From contig DF237441.1 of assembly GCA_000708835.1 (NCBI GenBank), positions 1-64,000 of the forward strand: a stretch of 64,000 bases of DNA, written 5' to 3'. The first letter of the stretch is position 1. Each line of letters opens with the position of its first letter. Both the position numbers and the translations under genes were made by a program. Of the stretch, positions 12,025-25,539 are shown one piece after another. Below the pieces are notes generated by a model, which was not told the DNA's origin, did not search any database, and saw nothing but the letters and a program-made list of their open reading frames with translations. This DNA comes from Klebsormidium nitens (taxonomy: Eukaryota > Plantae > Klebsormidiophyceae).

Positions 12025-14380
12025 CTAGAAAAGAAGATGGCTCGAAATCACGTGACCAACTTGAAAGAGCTCACGCTTGGGGCCGGCCAGGCTCAGGCTT
12101 ACCTCGCCAAACCGGTTGAAGGCGCAGTCTGCTGTGCTCAAGTCTGACGTGAGGTAATCGTCATCCGTGCTCTCCAAGTACTCCCGGTGGAGGAGGCCCT
12201 CGAGAGTGCCCATGGCCAGGCGCTCGGTAGCTGCGCCCGGGGCGAACATCTGCCCCAGGAACTGCACACGAGCGGAGCGGCACGGATTGGTCAACGGCCT
12301 GCAACTGTCATGTGAACTTTTTCGAAGTCCACATGCAAGGTTTTGAATGCCGTTCTGGGGTCATACACAGAAAAATCACAACATCACAGTGTAATAAACC
12401 CGAAGGCATCATGCTCTACAAGATTGAAACACGTCCACGTTTACCCCGGGTGACAGCAGGCGGGCCGTTTTGAAATAGCGTCAAATCTGCAGTTCGCTTC
12501 CGCGTACTGGCTCATTTGAAGTAGCCGACGTTTGTTCCGAGCACTCGGAAGGTTTTGACTACTGGCAGCCCTCGGAATATCGGAAGGACAAAGAAGGATC
12601 ACCATTGAAGGAGCCCACTTCGCCCTGGCTTCATCGCGTGCCCTTCTCTCTAGCTAGCGAAGCTGGTCAAGTCCTGGTTGTGCATTTGTTAACGTGTTTG
12701 TCTTTCGACAGGAGAGGTCGAGGTGCGCTCACTCCGTGCACGTCTGTCCATGTCGCCAGCCGTTTGACTTCGAAGTTGAGGTAATGAATCGGCGGATCTG
12801 CTATGAGGTCCTTCCTTGAGTCGGACGCCACCTCCAGAAGCAGGATGTCCGAAATGGAAACGGCGAGAGCGTTCGGTCGTCCAGCCAGGCGGCTGATTGT
12901 GGCCATGCCGTCGGGCCTGATCCAACCGGAGGGGGCAGACTCCAAATCCTGCAGGTGAACGGGCTGGAGATCAAACCAATTTCACCTTTGATCAAAGCAC
13001 TTTCATAATCTGTACGTTTTCAAAGGCGAGGGCCGGAAGAAAGAGGAAGGAAAAGAAGGCGCCCGTTCGAGGCGTCAAGCAGACCTGTGCAGAATGCCAA
13101 CGGTCGCGAGGGCCTCGATGCACGTCAAATATTCTGAAGATGACAAAGTTCGTCTGCTTTTCCCCGACCTGGCCTGAGGTCCGCTTCGTCGCCTGCCTCG
13201 CCGGAGGCGCTCCTGCCCGTGACAACGTCTGTGGGTCGAGTTCGAGTTGGCGAACCCGCAAACAGACTCTAGCCTCTAGCAAAAGCATAGACCGCACCAT
13301 AATTTCAAGACCGATAACATTTGGACCTGCTTCGCGTTGGAGAAACTTGGGTCCTGATGAAAGGCCACCCACCAGGAATCGAAAGCACCAGTTCTGAAAT
13401 AAACGAGCTGGACCAAAGTATTCAAAGAATCTGGATATAAAACGTATATAGCGGCAAGCGAAAGCGCAGGGACCTCCGGAAGTAGCGACCAACACCTTAT
13501 TAATAAAAGGATCCCTCCGAAGGTCGCGTTGAAAGGAAATTTGCGTGCGCGATCACGCGCAGGGTCCAGCCTAATGGTGATGCTCTTCTGCTCTCCAGAC
13601 TGGTCGAGATATAGAATACCAAACCCGGACATCCACGTCCCGTCGAAGAAGGGTTCCACAGAATTGTCTCTGGTATCCTTGAGAATCCGGCTGCCGGCGG
13701 GGACGCCAAACATGAGGACGTTCAGCTGCAAGAGCACGTGACAGCCTGTTGTTCGGTTGTACACCCAACGGCTGCCTACCGCAATATTATTTATGTGTAT
13801 GTCCAAAGATTTGAACCTTGGTCGCTGGTCAAGCGGTGCTTGAAGGGAGAGTGGTTGTGGCCGAGCCAAGGCCCGAAAAGTGCCACTCGTAGGGCGAAAA
13901 CATTACTTGCGCCATTGATACTCTATCTCCTTGAGTAGACGGCTAACTTGGCTTTTGTTTACACTTTCAGCAGGCGGCATACAATCAGTCTTGTCCCTTC
14001 TCTTGAATCCTAGGGACGGCCATCACATTCATCACATGCAGCTGACGTTCTCGCTGTTGGGTCCCCTGGAAAGGGAACCCGAGCACAGTTGTCTGCTTTC
14101 ACGCCCCTTTTGTGAGTCTCTACAAGCTCCTTCTTCCGGAACATCCCACGAACATCCATGGGAGTAAGCCATAACGGAGGCTTGAAATAGCGCCTCACCT
14201 GAAGACAGCTGTCTGAGATCATGCAGTACGTCCTGCCGGCCTCCCCGTGGAAGTCGAAGGACAGCGGTCGACCCTGCGTCTCAGCCAAAGTAACCTCCAA
14301 ATGGGGGTCCTCAATGCCCATAATCTCAGCTGCAGAGAAGATTTTCAACGGAATGATCGAAGGGCGCAATTCCAAGCTCT
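12025..14380 (-). CDS. Unidentified multi-exon protein-coding region; may be the 3' part of the Kelch gene or a separate gene
   Basis: Protein-like open segments, several bounded by AG or GT, near 14380-14200 (SLELRPSIIPLKIF...SDSCLQ), 13745-13500 (HVLLQLNVLMFG...FNATFGG), 13260-13085, 12950-12700 (DLESAPSGWIRPDG...) and 12290-12025. No family recognised and the exon chain was not resolved. Confidence 0.4.
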
Positions 14381-14948
14381 AGCATTTCTCAGAAGATCGA
14401 AAGGAAGTAAGCTAAGGCCGCAAAAACGGGTATGGAAACCGCAGCCAGAATTAGCCGGGGACCTGATGAATCCACGCTGGACTGCTTTTTTTGCTGAAGG
14501 AGGAACTTTGCACGGGAAAGATAGGCGCACCTTGGTTGACTCGTTGTTTCATTGTCGTGCGCTCAACCTACTTCAGAGATTAGTGACCGTGGCTTATGCG
14601 CAGGGTGGCACCTTATATTGTCCTTAACCCGACTTTGAGGTAGGTGGGCTTCTCAAACAACATTCTCTAAGTGACGACCTTGTGCTCATGCATGGACGCG
14701 ATTTGTAAAATTTGCGACTCAAGGCTCCAAAGACTGAGCGTGCCAATTTGGCCCTGCTCGATAATTTTAAGGTCTACATATGCATTAGAAGCGCATGGAT
14801 ATTCGACAGGAGATTAAAACGTGCTCATCTTTCCTGAAAGATGTCAGGAAAAGGGTTTCAATCGCTTAACCTTGCAGAAGAAGGGGCACAGTCCTCGTAC
14901 ATTGTGTGCAACAGACAACGGCGCCTTTTTCTTCTTTAGCGCACTTAC

Positions 14949-16713
14949 ATGGCGTGTACAGCTCTGCCGAGGTGGTGGCTCCGGCTCTGCCAAGGCCGCC
15001 TGCCAGAAGCACTTTGCCATTGTCCAATAGAGTATTTGTCAGAAACCGTCTTGAGGATGTCATTTGGGTACCTGTGGTAGTCCCATGCTCCAGTTGCGGG
15101 GTCGTAAAGCTCTGCCGGCTGAGGATTGTTTGCAGTGTCTCGGCCCACGGCCATGAGTACCTGTCCACTGCGGAGGGTGGTCCCGCCATTATAGGTATCC
15201 GGGCCCCTCCCAACCGCCATCTGCCCCACCGAGACCCATGTGCTGGAACTCGGGATATAAACCTCAGTGGACACTAGACTTAAACCCTGATCGCCGGTTC
15301 CACCTGCAACGAGCACGCCACCCACAACCAGCTTGTTTGCACTATGGTATGCCCGCGCAGTATTCATGCTGCCGGTGGCGGTCCAGCGATTTGCATTCAC
15401 GTCATACAGCTCCGCTGAAGCCGTGTATGCGTCTCCGCTGGTACCGCTGCCAGTACGTCCGCCGGCCACAAGCACTTGCGGGGGGTTTCCAGGTAGCAAC
15501 GTTGCCGTGTGGAATTGCCTACTCATGCCCATGTTGCCGGCAGCAGACCAACTGTTTGTTGTGGCCGAATACAGCTCCGCTGACGAGACAAGAATTAGAT
15601 CACTGTCCAAAACTCCGAAGCGCTGCCCCCCCATCACAAGCACGGTGTTTGCGTCTCCCAATGCAACAGCCTGAAAGGTATGCCCTCGCTTCCGCCATCC
15701 GATTCGTGGTTACCCCCCAAGTGTCTGTTGCTACATTATAAACCTCTGCAGTGTTCAGCACTGTGCCTGCAACACCGTAGCCACCGGCAACCAGTATGAC
15801 CCCGCCGCCGGACGACAGGTATGTTGCCGTATGAGCGTGTCTTGCAGTTGACAAGGATCCGGCGGGGCTCCACATACCGGTAGCTTGGTCATACATTTCT
15901 GCGGATGATAGAACCCCGTCGATCCCAACTCCACCAACGACCAAAACTTTCCCGGTCCCAGGAATCAACGTGGCGGTGTGGAGAAATCTTGACTGGGTCA
16001 TAAAACCGGTTGCAGTGAATGTTCCCCGTCCATTATAACTGCACGGTGAAAAGTCAGAATTGAAAGTTCCAGGATCCCCTTGGCTGTGTTTGCAAGCAAG
16101 TAGCAGCTCTTAACAGTTGCATTACCTGAACCGATTTTGAGGGGCCAGACCGGGCATTGAGACAACTTGGGCGGCCCTCAGCCTAATCTACAATAGTGCA
16201 TAAAATTCGGTTGAAGGAGCACTGACCAGAAAATCCCTACACTCAAGCACCTAAAGCTGCCACTTTTATGCAGCCTCTTGTCATCCTAATGATCAAATTT
16301 ATGTGCAAAAAAACTGTTAGACAGGTCAAAATTGTGCTAGCGTTAGTAGAGATTTCTGCTTTGTGGCTTTGTCGTAACACATACAATCCAACCTAGAACC
16401 TACAGGAAAGACGTCCAAAGCAGATTGACCATTGGATGGCAGAGGCAAGCAATCAAATTGATGGAACAGACATGCAGGCCGACTTATCTCATAAGCTCAT
16501 AATGACAGCGGCCTACCATTCTTCAAGGCCTGACTTGGATCAGTACTCTAGCTCAGGCTTCGTTTGATTCCAACCAACGAGAAGGACGATCAAAGCAGAG
16601 GCGTGCATCTCACCGGGCTGTGCTGTTATGCCTAACTCATTCCAGCCAGTAATCAGCAGATAGCTGACCAGGAGAGCAAGGACCAAACTGCGGCAACTAG
16701 ATTTCCGCGCCAT
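14949..16713 (-). pseudogene. Secreted seven-bladed Kelch (galactose-oxidase-like) beta-propeller gene with two +1 frameshifts (pseudogene or assembly error)
   Basis: Exon 1 (16713-16614) encodes signal-peptide-like MARKSSCRSLVLALLVSYLLITGWNELGITAQP with a phase-1 GTGAGA donor. A phase-1 acceptor at 16039/16038 opens one exon with 7 repeats of type RxxHTATLL...VLVAGG...AELYD...W. Extra C at ~15677 and extra G at ~15083. GTAAGT donor at 14948. Confidence 0.85.
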
Positions 16714-17941
16714 TGGCCTGTAGGACTGGTTAGTGTTTGATTGACATCCTCGATGGTGTAAGTGAAGTGCTCAGGCTTGACTAGAGGTGAGTCAAACATA
16801 AAAAGCTTCCTGCCAGAAGACCCTTTATAAACCCACCCCAGCAGAAACTGAAGTGGCAACTTTGTTTGTCACACATGATCTGTCTCCAAATAACCCATAA
16901 TAAAGCAAGGATGTCTGCAAGCAACCCTATACAAATCCAGCAGCTAAAGAGCCTGGTGCACTTCAGATCATTCACTCATTTAAAAAGAAGTGTCACCTAG
17001 AACTCACTGTGGTTCAACAGCTGCTAAGTGTTCGGCTTGCTCGACCTCCACCAACGAGAACGCTTGGCAACTGCGCAAGGCAAACAAGGTCGTGTGACGA
17101 CATTGCAACTTGAGTCCAGCCATGTACAGACAATTGGAAGGAGGGCAAGACATATTCTCTATCTTAGCCAGCCCAGAAGCCTTTCAATGAAAGGCGGACA
17201 GCAGTCAAAAACTTTAACAAAAGTTTTGGAGTCTTTGGACACCCCTGTATGATGCATTCATAGAAAAGTATACGTAGCATGAGTTAGCTTTACTACCGGC
17301 CATTGCGCAGCAAAGGTGGCCCCAACTACGGGCCAGCTCCTTGCAGGAAGCTATTACTCAACCACAAGATCCAACAAGCAGCTATGTTTTCAATTGTTGA
17401 ATAAAAACTTCTCCAAACCACAGGCAAAGCAAAATGCACAGGGCATGGCAAGACTAGATGGCTACAGCAACAAGGTATTGGAGACCAAGCCGTGCAGGCA
17501 TTGTCTCAACAAGGAAGGCAGGTTCTCATTGCACTCAGTCTGCACACGCTGCCGGGTCAGCGCTGCCATGCCTCCAACTTGAAGTCACCAGAAAGAAGAG
17601 AATTCAACCAAACAGAAAGCTTTAAGCTACATAGTACTTGCATTGCTCCGGTGTACATGAGCTAACGGGGAAGCTAATCTAGTCAACTGCGACACAGGCA
17701 TCCTCCTGCTTGTATCAGCACACCACTCCTGCACGTGCGCTGCACCGAAATGCTTCACATATTTGGAGTTGTTTCTGTCACCTGGTGGGCAGCCTAGGTG
17801 TCACCGGAAGGGCACGGCCCTGGCCGTCCCCTGAAGAGCACCGCTAGGGGACCGCTAGCTTTCGTAATATTGATAGGAAAAAACGGGGACCAGGCCACCA
17901 TTCAATGATTTGCAGCCTTTGAAAATGGACTAGCTAGAAGC

Positions 17942-18046
17942 TGCGGTGAAGGTAGATAGAATGGAATAGCCTGATAGAATGGTATAGATAGAATGCGGTG
18001 AAGGTAGAAAGAATGGAATATATAGGATAGAATGGATTAGGTAGAA
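17942..18046 (+). repeat. Two ~52-bp tandem repeat units built of ATAGAATGG-like subunits
   Basis: TGCGGTGAAGGTAGA(T/A)AGAATGGAATA... starts at 17942 and again at 17994. Confidence 0.8.
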
Positions 18047-19464
18047 GAGTCGGATTCGGAAAGAGGCACATACGTACAGGCAGATACGAGGCACGTCACG
18101 TCACCGGATCGATGTCTTAGAACGAGACTTCCCCAGCATCAGCTCGAGTCTTTGTCTCTCTAGTCCTAGTTTTAGAGTCAGACGGACCCTCTAGCTCTAC
18201 CAAAGGTTGCGCCGCGGCGACCTCAAATGTGACCACCCTATCGGTGCAAGCAGGGGTGCGCACTGCGCTCTTATGTACGGACAGTACGGTTGTAGTACGG
18301 TACGGAAATTTATGGTGGTTGGTAGTGTAGGTAGTACTACAGTACTTCCAGTACTGGTACTAGTACTATTACGAGGATTAGCTGGGGTTTGAACATTGGT
18401 GCATCATGCATGTGCGCCCACCCCCCCCCATTGGTGCCACTAATAATAGCAGACTCCAGAGAGCTCGCCACCGGGCCACCGGGAGAAACAGTGGCTCCGG
18501 GTTGGCCGGTACGTCGTCACGTACAACAAAAGCTGAAAGCGTGATCCTTTCGTGCCACCGGTATCCAAGAAGCGGCCGGGGGGGCCGGCGGCAGCGGCAG
18601 TGGGCAGCGCGTCACCGGCGCCGATCGCGACCGGGGCGGTACCCAATGTTAGCGCCCCCTGCACTCGAAGCTTGGACCTCCGGGGGCCGGAACACCGGAA
18701 CAGGCCCCCCCGGCGGGAAAGTTGTTCATGCGGTTTGCGGGGGCCGGCGGTTACTTACCTATTTGGCCTGGTCACGAGTACGTCACGAATTGTCTCGGAA
18801 GTGCGGGGCCCGGGCCCTCAATGCCTCGATACCCCCGGGCCCTGGGGGCACCAATGTGGACATTTGTATTTGAATATTTTAACGTGTATACGGTACTGGT
18901 AGTCGAGTACCTATACAATATTGAGTCCGATACGTAATGCATCTCCTCATCTACAACTTGATATAAGCGAGTGACGTGGAAAGGAGCAAACTTCATGTAC
19001 GGGATTGGGGTAGATGGCTAATTAATCGGATGATTGGAGTCTGGGAGTCTCTATATCTAGGTCGTTCATCTTTTCAAACTTTCAAATCAACGGAAACTTT
19101 CAAAGTTTCTACGGAAATCGCCGGAAGTAATTTCCCCCCCCCACTTTTCTTGTTATATTTCGTTTTCCTGTTTCTATTTTTATTCTTGGATTATTTTTTG
19201 AAAATTCTTCATGCAGAACAGTTCTTGCTGAGGTCAGCATCAGTGACGTTAGCATAGGGTGCATTTTGTATTGTGTCAGACATGCTGCGACGGTGCTAGC
19301 TGACGAGACAGTACTCGCAATCTGACAATATTAATCTCATTCCGATCAGCGTGTCGCTCGGCGGCACACGAGATGCACTTGTACTCAGAAACAGCTGTGA
19401 ACGATGTAAATGCATGGGACAGTAGCTCCGAACGGCTGAAGCATCAATACGATCGTCGACTGCT

Positions 19465-19548
19465 CCGTGTTTCCCATACTCACCCTAGTAGTGAACCTTT
19501 AATCTCGAGATTGAAGGTTCACTACTAGGGTGAGTATGGGAAACACGG
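19465..19548. repeat. 84-bp loop-less palindrome (one mismatch) that includes a hAT-like transposon end
   Basis: CCGTGTTTCCCATACTCACCCTAGTAGTGAACCTTTAATCTC|GAGATTGAAGGTTCACTACTAGGGTGAGTATGGGAAACACGG, centred at 19506/19507 and followed by (ACGGGG)n subterminal-like repeats to ~19573. Confidence 0.9.
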
Positions 19549-22500
19549 GGACGGGGACGGAGACGGGGACGGGTGATCACCCGTCCCCGGCCCGGGCAGT
19601 TAGCGCCGCACTTATCTGCGCCAGCTTACGATATTGGGATTTCCATAGATTTTTAAGAGTCGACGTCAGTCTCATGATGCGGCTTCTGATGGGGCCAATG
19701 GCTGCCCAAGGCCCACAGACCTGGCCCCCCTGCCCCCCTCAATCAAAAGGGACACTTTTCCAACTTTACAAACTTCAGCCATACATGATTCGGTAAGGAA
19801 TCATTGGAAATATGGTCTGAAGGGCCGGTAATTTTTCTTTTGTTGATTATCTAATTACTTGTTACTAAGACGCAGATACCGATGAAGCCATCTTGAAACA
19901 GTATGAAGTTTGATAATTCGGAACAGTTGACTTGAAACCTGTTGCTACTGAGGCACTGCGCACTGCACCAGATGGCCCTTCTTTGCAACCACGCACTCAC
20001 TGGCATGAACGCACGAGACTTGCTCGAAATTGCAACATATATATCCAAACCCTGCCCTCCGACTTGGTTTGATTGCGGTCTGACGGTTCCTGTAATCAAG
20101 GGCCTGCATTGATTTTACAAGAATCTGAGTGCAGCTTTGGGTTGCTACTCATAGAAACCACTCTGCAACTCCTGCTGTACTAAGACGACTACGCATGAGA
20201 AGTGCCTAGCTTACTCTTCAAAGTGCCTTCAACTCCAAACCCAGAATGTCGAGTTCTTGAAGAACTCTCACGAGCGGGGTCCTGGTTTTCAGCCTGACCG
20301 GACCATCCTGATTGACTCCATTTTGTCTCGTTCGCAGAATAATTGCCCTCACCAGGTGTATATGAAAATAGCGCAAAACTGGCGTATTCTAGTCCACATT
20401 GTTCCCATAGCTTTCCTGAAATCTTGATGACGCCACCAACTGCAAACCAATCCTTGCATGCCTGCCCGTCAGGTTCGCTCCTTTAGAATCTGAAACTGGA
20501 CGCGACGGCGAAGATATGGCTGCCCGCACGGGGTGCCTTTCCAAGCATGCGGCTCAAGGTTGTCATCGGTGCCCGGGGCGTGGACGCAGAGATCTTTAAT
20601 TCGTGGACAACGCAGCGGTGCGCGGCTTCATCGGAGCGACACTGGGGGCTCCCGGAAAGTCCGTGCGTACTACGATCGACATGGAGTCGTCCGCCGTCGC
20701 CATCATGGTGTGTTCAAATTCGTGGTCTCGGGGCTGTAGTACACCGTGTACCTCTTTCTGGCAAGTCGAAACCTGCTGAGCCCCGGCAATCGAGTCCGAG
20801 GCTGCCAGCTGGACGGTCGAACGGTCCACGTTAAGCGGGGCAATCAATGCGTAAACCCAAGAAGACTCGTTTGCGCAGCTTCTCTTGGTTATAACGTCTT
20901 GACTCACTTAATGCCAAACAACTTCAAGGAACCCTAGTGTAACAGCCACAAGAGTAGCTGCTGCCATTTCTCAAAGAAGCCGTTACAATTTGAAGAGCTC
21001 AGTGCGTTTGCATTGAATCTATTAAACTCGTTGTTAGAACACGTCTACTAAGCAAAGAAAGAAAAGTGGAACGGTTTTGAGACACGCTTCGTGTTTGAGA
21101 ATTGACCGCCTGCAGCTGTCGTGCACGAGACCGATCGTTGCTCGCAAAAACAGATAATTAAGTACTCTACAAGATATATGAATAAGTTGGTATGCTCGGA
21201 GCCTGTCCCTGCAGGTCGCGACGTCGAATGGCCTTCCGTTCATCGTCTTAATTTATTCCGATCCGTCTCCGACCTGGATGGGGGCGGACCCCAATCGAAC
21301 GAGGTAGGAGATACGTCAATCCGTTTCTTGATTAATTAGACTGTGGCCTGACCCGGAACGCGATAGCAGCATCGGAAACTTCTGTGTGCAGGGGACTGTC
21401 GCATGGGCTATCTTTAGTACGAATCTGCCACCTGGCCCTCAGCGCGTGCTCTACTCGCGCTTCAATGTATGACAAGCAAAGGGAGGTTGGCACTAGAAGC
21501 TCTTCCAAGGCTCTGACGTACGGAGGCTTTTGTCCCGTTATCTGCAAACCGTCTACGCACTGTCAGGATAGAGCGTGACAACTTTTGTAAGGCAGACAGA
21601 ACCCAGATTCTGGTTTATTTGGGTGTCGACCAAGGGAAGTAGCTTCAAATACTTCAAGGTGAAATTGCCTGCAACTTGTGCAAGTAAGATATGTGGACAA
21701 AATCTTTACTAGCGGGCCAGACGTACATGCAGACTTATTGAGAGCTCGCCCAAAACTGGTCAGGAGACGACCTTCACAGGGCCGGGATCAGAACAGCAAG
21801 ATTCAAACCTCTGTTTATCCATACAGGCTGGGAGCCTCTTTGGCCCCGCCGCCTTGAACGCCTACAAGGTCCTCAACGCGCTTATCGTGGCAAGACCTGG
21901 ATACCAAGCTGCACGCATGCTGGGACTGGCTACAGACGTTTAAAATGGACTCAAGGCGGGGTTTCGATCTAGTTTTGAAAGCTAGCTGAAGTTTTCAATT
22001 CAAAAGCGTTGATCGAAGTCGGCGTTGCATGGGCCTGACTCCGTTCTGCAAGTTGACATAATGTACAGACCGCCATAGAGTTCCGGAGAGGTTTCCGTCA
22101 TGCAAACTGCATGCAGAATGCAATGTCGCGTAGTAACGTTCTGCGGATCAGACGATAGTTGCCAAGGAGAGACGCTCGCAAGAGCTGAGCTGTAAGGAAT
22201 TCAGTGGAGTTGCTTAAGTTCCAGACCTCCAAAGCCGCGAAAGTGGAGAAAAAATCCCAAAAAGAGAGTCAGACTTTAGGTATGTGTTCAAACTTCATCC
22301 CGAGCGCCGTGTGGGGCAACTCGAGTACGTAAGTCACTTAGAATAGTACACGAATGTTCTCAAATCATGAACGTGAGTGAGCAAGAGCCTACCGGGTCAG
22401 CTATAAGCACACGCTCTAACATCCTGGAAATAAGATTTCACTTTAACCCGAAGAGGCGCTGGTATGATGGCACTTAGTCAAAGACAGAATAGCCTTCAAT

Positions 22501-23569
22501 CGATCTTACAACATTCAGTCCGAAACATGAGCACGTACACTGCTGGAACGGCGCAAGGCTCAATACGTATAGCGGCACTCCCTAAATCGTGGAGACAACA
22601 AGTTTGATACCTTCTAATTTGGCGACTCACAAGTTCAACTGTTGCCAATGAATGCAGAATCAGTCGATTCGATCAAAGTTTATTCAAGGGAACGTTACAG
22701 ACTCCGTTACCAACAATGTATGCTATTTATGATTTATCTTCCTTTCATATAATACTTATGATCGATTATTCAACTAGGTCTTTGTCTTTTATCTTGTCCT
22801 CGTTGGCTTCGAAACTAGATCGAAAGGTGGTCACGACAACCCCGGACGTCCCTGTCCTGCATTTTAGTAAACATCTAGAATCATTTCGATGGCAGTTGAT
22901 CAAAACCCCATTCCCTATAAAGCACTAAGTGCAAATTTGTCATGATACGTTACGCCCACAGCCTTTTGCCTCGAATTAAGAAGATGGCGTGCAATTGAGA
23001 CAGTCGATTCCAACAGAGGAAAAATTGACGTTTATCAAGGATGAAGGTTATTTTGGTCACGTGTGACGCCTATAAGTGCATGGGAAACTATTCTGCTTAA
23101 ACAGGATCTAAGATGCTCGGCCGAGCATGGTATCTACAAAAGAATTTTGAGTCCAGCAAACCGGTAAAGACCTTTCTCAGAGAATCCAAATATAGACGGT
23201 GCTCCTTGGGCGAAGTTCAATTGTATTGAAAGCTTTCGGCGTTTCCGATGCGGGACAGAGCGCTTCTTTCGTGCTTCTTTCGCGGCTCTTTCCCGGCCGT
23301 TGATCAAGACACACGGAGCCCGCCAGAGCCCAGGGGAACGAGCGGAGGGGACGCATGAGATTGGCCATTCAGGGTGACCCAGCTGAAGCTTCGCAACAGG
23401 CAGCGGGAGGCGAAGTGGGGTGTGGTCGCCAAAGCCTAAGGGGAAGCGTTCCAGCGGGTGCCACGTGTCAGGCAAACAAGCGCCCTGCATGCGCAACGGG
23501 GTTGCACCGAGTCTGGGCCTCGCAGGGTCAAGCAGCTGCCGTCTCCAGTTACCTTTGGATGGCTTATGC

Positions 23570-24090
23570 AGCTAGCTGCAGACAAGCTCTCAGAGCCTAA
23601 GAGCGACCCGAGCTCTCGAGAACGGACCCGGACCTTCCGCGCAGCGTGACGTCAGCCTCTCCCGGGGGCCTGCGCGAGCGCCCGGAATGTCCTCCAAGCG
23701 GCGGGTCCAGAGCCCTGGACCGAGCAAGTCGCCGCTCTGAGGGGCTGATTCAAGCAACCGAGACGGGGGGCCGGATGATCGGGGCGGGGCTGGGAGCGTC
23801 CCTCCGAAGGCTCGCGTTGCTGCGGGATCGACGGCGGACTGAGGCAGGGGGCCCTAAATGACCGGGGCGGCAGACCGGAACGCTGAGCGTCAAAAGAGCC
23901 TTCGCGCCTTGTGCCTGACCGGCCACGCCAGCTTCCGAGAGCCACGGACAGTCTCCCCTGGAAGTTATCCCCCAGGGGCGCGAAAGCGCGAGGGATGACG
24001 TCAATAAGGGCGGGTCCGAGGCGTCAGCGGCGGAGGCGCGCTGTGGACGGAGCTGAGAGTGGCAGCAAGTGGTCAATTGGAGCATGAGGT
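23570..24090 (+). pseudogene. Decayed GC-rich low-complexity exon
   Basis: Reads as disordered protein (GPSAQRDVSLSRGP..., ESARDDVNKGGSEA...) like the intact exons here, but has several in-frame stops and a frame change. It ends at a GTGAGG donor-like site near 24089. Confidence 0.3.
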
Positions 24091-25539
24091 GAGGGAGGAT
24101 TTGGGCTTCAATGGGGTGTGACATGTCGAAACTTCGTTCCGACCAATTTCGTTTGACGGGCTTCCTGTGGACGTCAAAACGGCAGGCTTGCACGAATTGT
24201 GTTCTTTCTAGTCTGCACAAGTAAGTCTCACAAGCTGGGCACTTTTGTAAGCTCATCGATAAAGGGTAAATTTGATGACCGGCTATATCTTTTTCATTTG
24301 TACAAGGCCCTGTCCCAGCCACAGGCTGTTGGGGTCTGCGAGCATTCAACAAGTCCGGAGTCCGTTTCTTTTCAATTAAGGGTTTCCAAGAGACCCAGCG
24401 CCCTGTCTGCGCTACCCAAGCGACGGGACTCAGATGGATATAGGACCCGGCCAGCGGCCAGAATAGGTAGCCCCAAAAACCTGGAAGCACCTAGCCTAGT
24501 CAACCCTTAGTCAAGTTGGCGGTAAACATTATGAGATACATGCATGGCGCCACTTAATTGAATCTTGAATGTTGAATGTTGAACCGCGAACCATGCGTAT
24601 TATATAACAATCATCAGACGACGGTACGGTTGCATCCCTGTCTGCGCAATTGTGGAGGAAACCAAAGTGTACATCCGCACCTTCGCCATGCAAACGTACC
24701 GGGATCCTCTGGCCGGGCCGCCTGCTTGCAGTTGAAAGCATGCCAGCCAGCATGGTGGATGCATGGCTCAGCTTGTCCAGCCTGGGACTCAACGACGGCC
24801 GTGACTATACATTTGGAAATTTTCATTCTCATTCTCATTCACCGCGGTCATGAGTCGATATCGACCTTTGAGTCGGAAATTGTGTTGATTAGTCAATCAA
24901 GACTTGAGTTAGCGGGCTTAATTCACATCAATCAATACTTCCGTATATGTCGCGCTCACGGTCACCGGGTCATAGCCGCTAGATCGGATATGCGATTTCG
25001 CCGGTCAGATAATTGGCTCCAACCGTTCGATCTGAAACTTGAAAGGGAGGTGAGTCCCAGTCGGAATGTTCAACAATGTCCGACGATCGCGCACATTGAA
25101 CGCCTGTCACCGTCATGGATGGCCAAAGTGTATGTCGACGGTTCCGGACGCGGCGGCAGCCATGCAACGTTGCCATGATCATGGCATGCATGTGCACATT
25201 GACTTAAGAGCGTGCATGAGAATGAGCTGGATTCGTTCAACATTGCTCAATGCTACTAGCCGTGGCACGCTCATCCGCTCGTACGTACGAGTTACAAGCT
25301 TTAATGGTGTGATAATCACTCCAGTCCAAATGTTGATAATGTGACGAAACATTTCCGCCCTGCCGGTCGGAACGGATTGCCGAGTCCAGTACAACCGCCG
25401 GAAGCGCGACCGCATTTGTATCATCAAACGCCGACACAAGCTGAGCCAGGACTACTGAGCGGTCGCGTATGCGGGTGGGGAAACAGCAACTCGTTCAGGA
25501 TCAGGTCGACTTCCTCGGCAAACCAGATTCAGCTTGGTC

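Noticed and set aside
17850-19250. GC-rich, GTAC-rich and poly-C patchwork that looks like transposon debris
   Set aside because: Only a 10-bp inverted match (CATTGGTGCC/GGCACCAATG) was found, with no TIR pair plus TSD and no Helitron ends.
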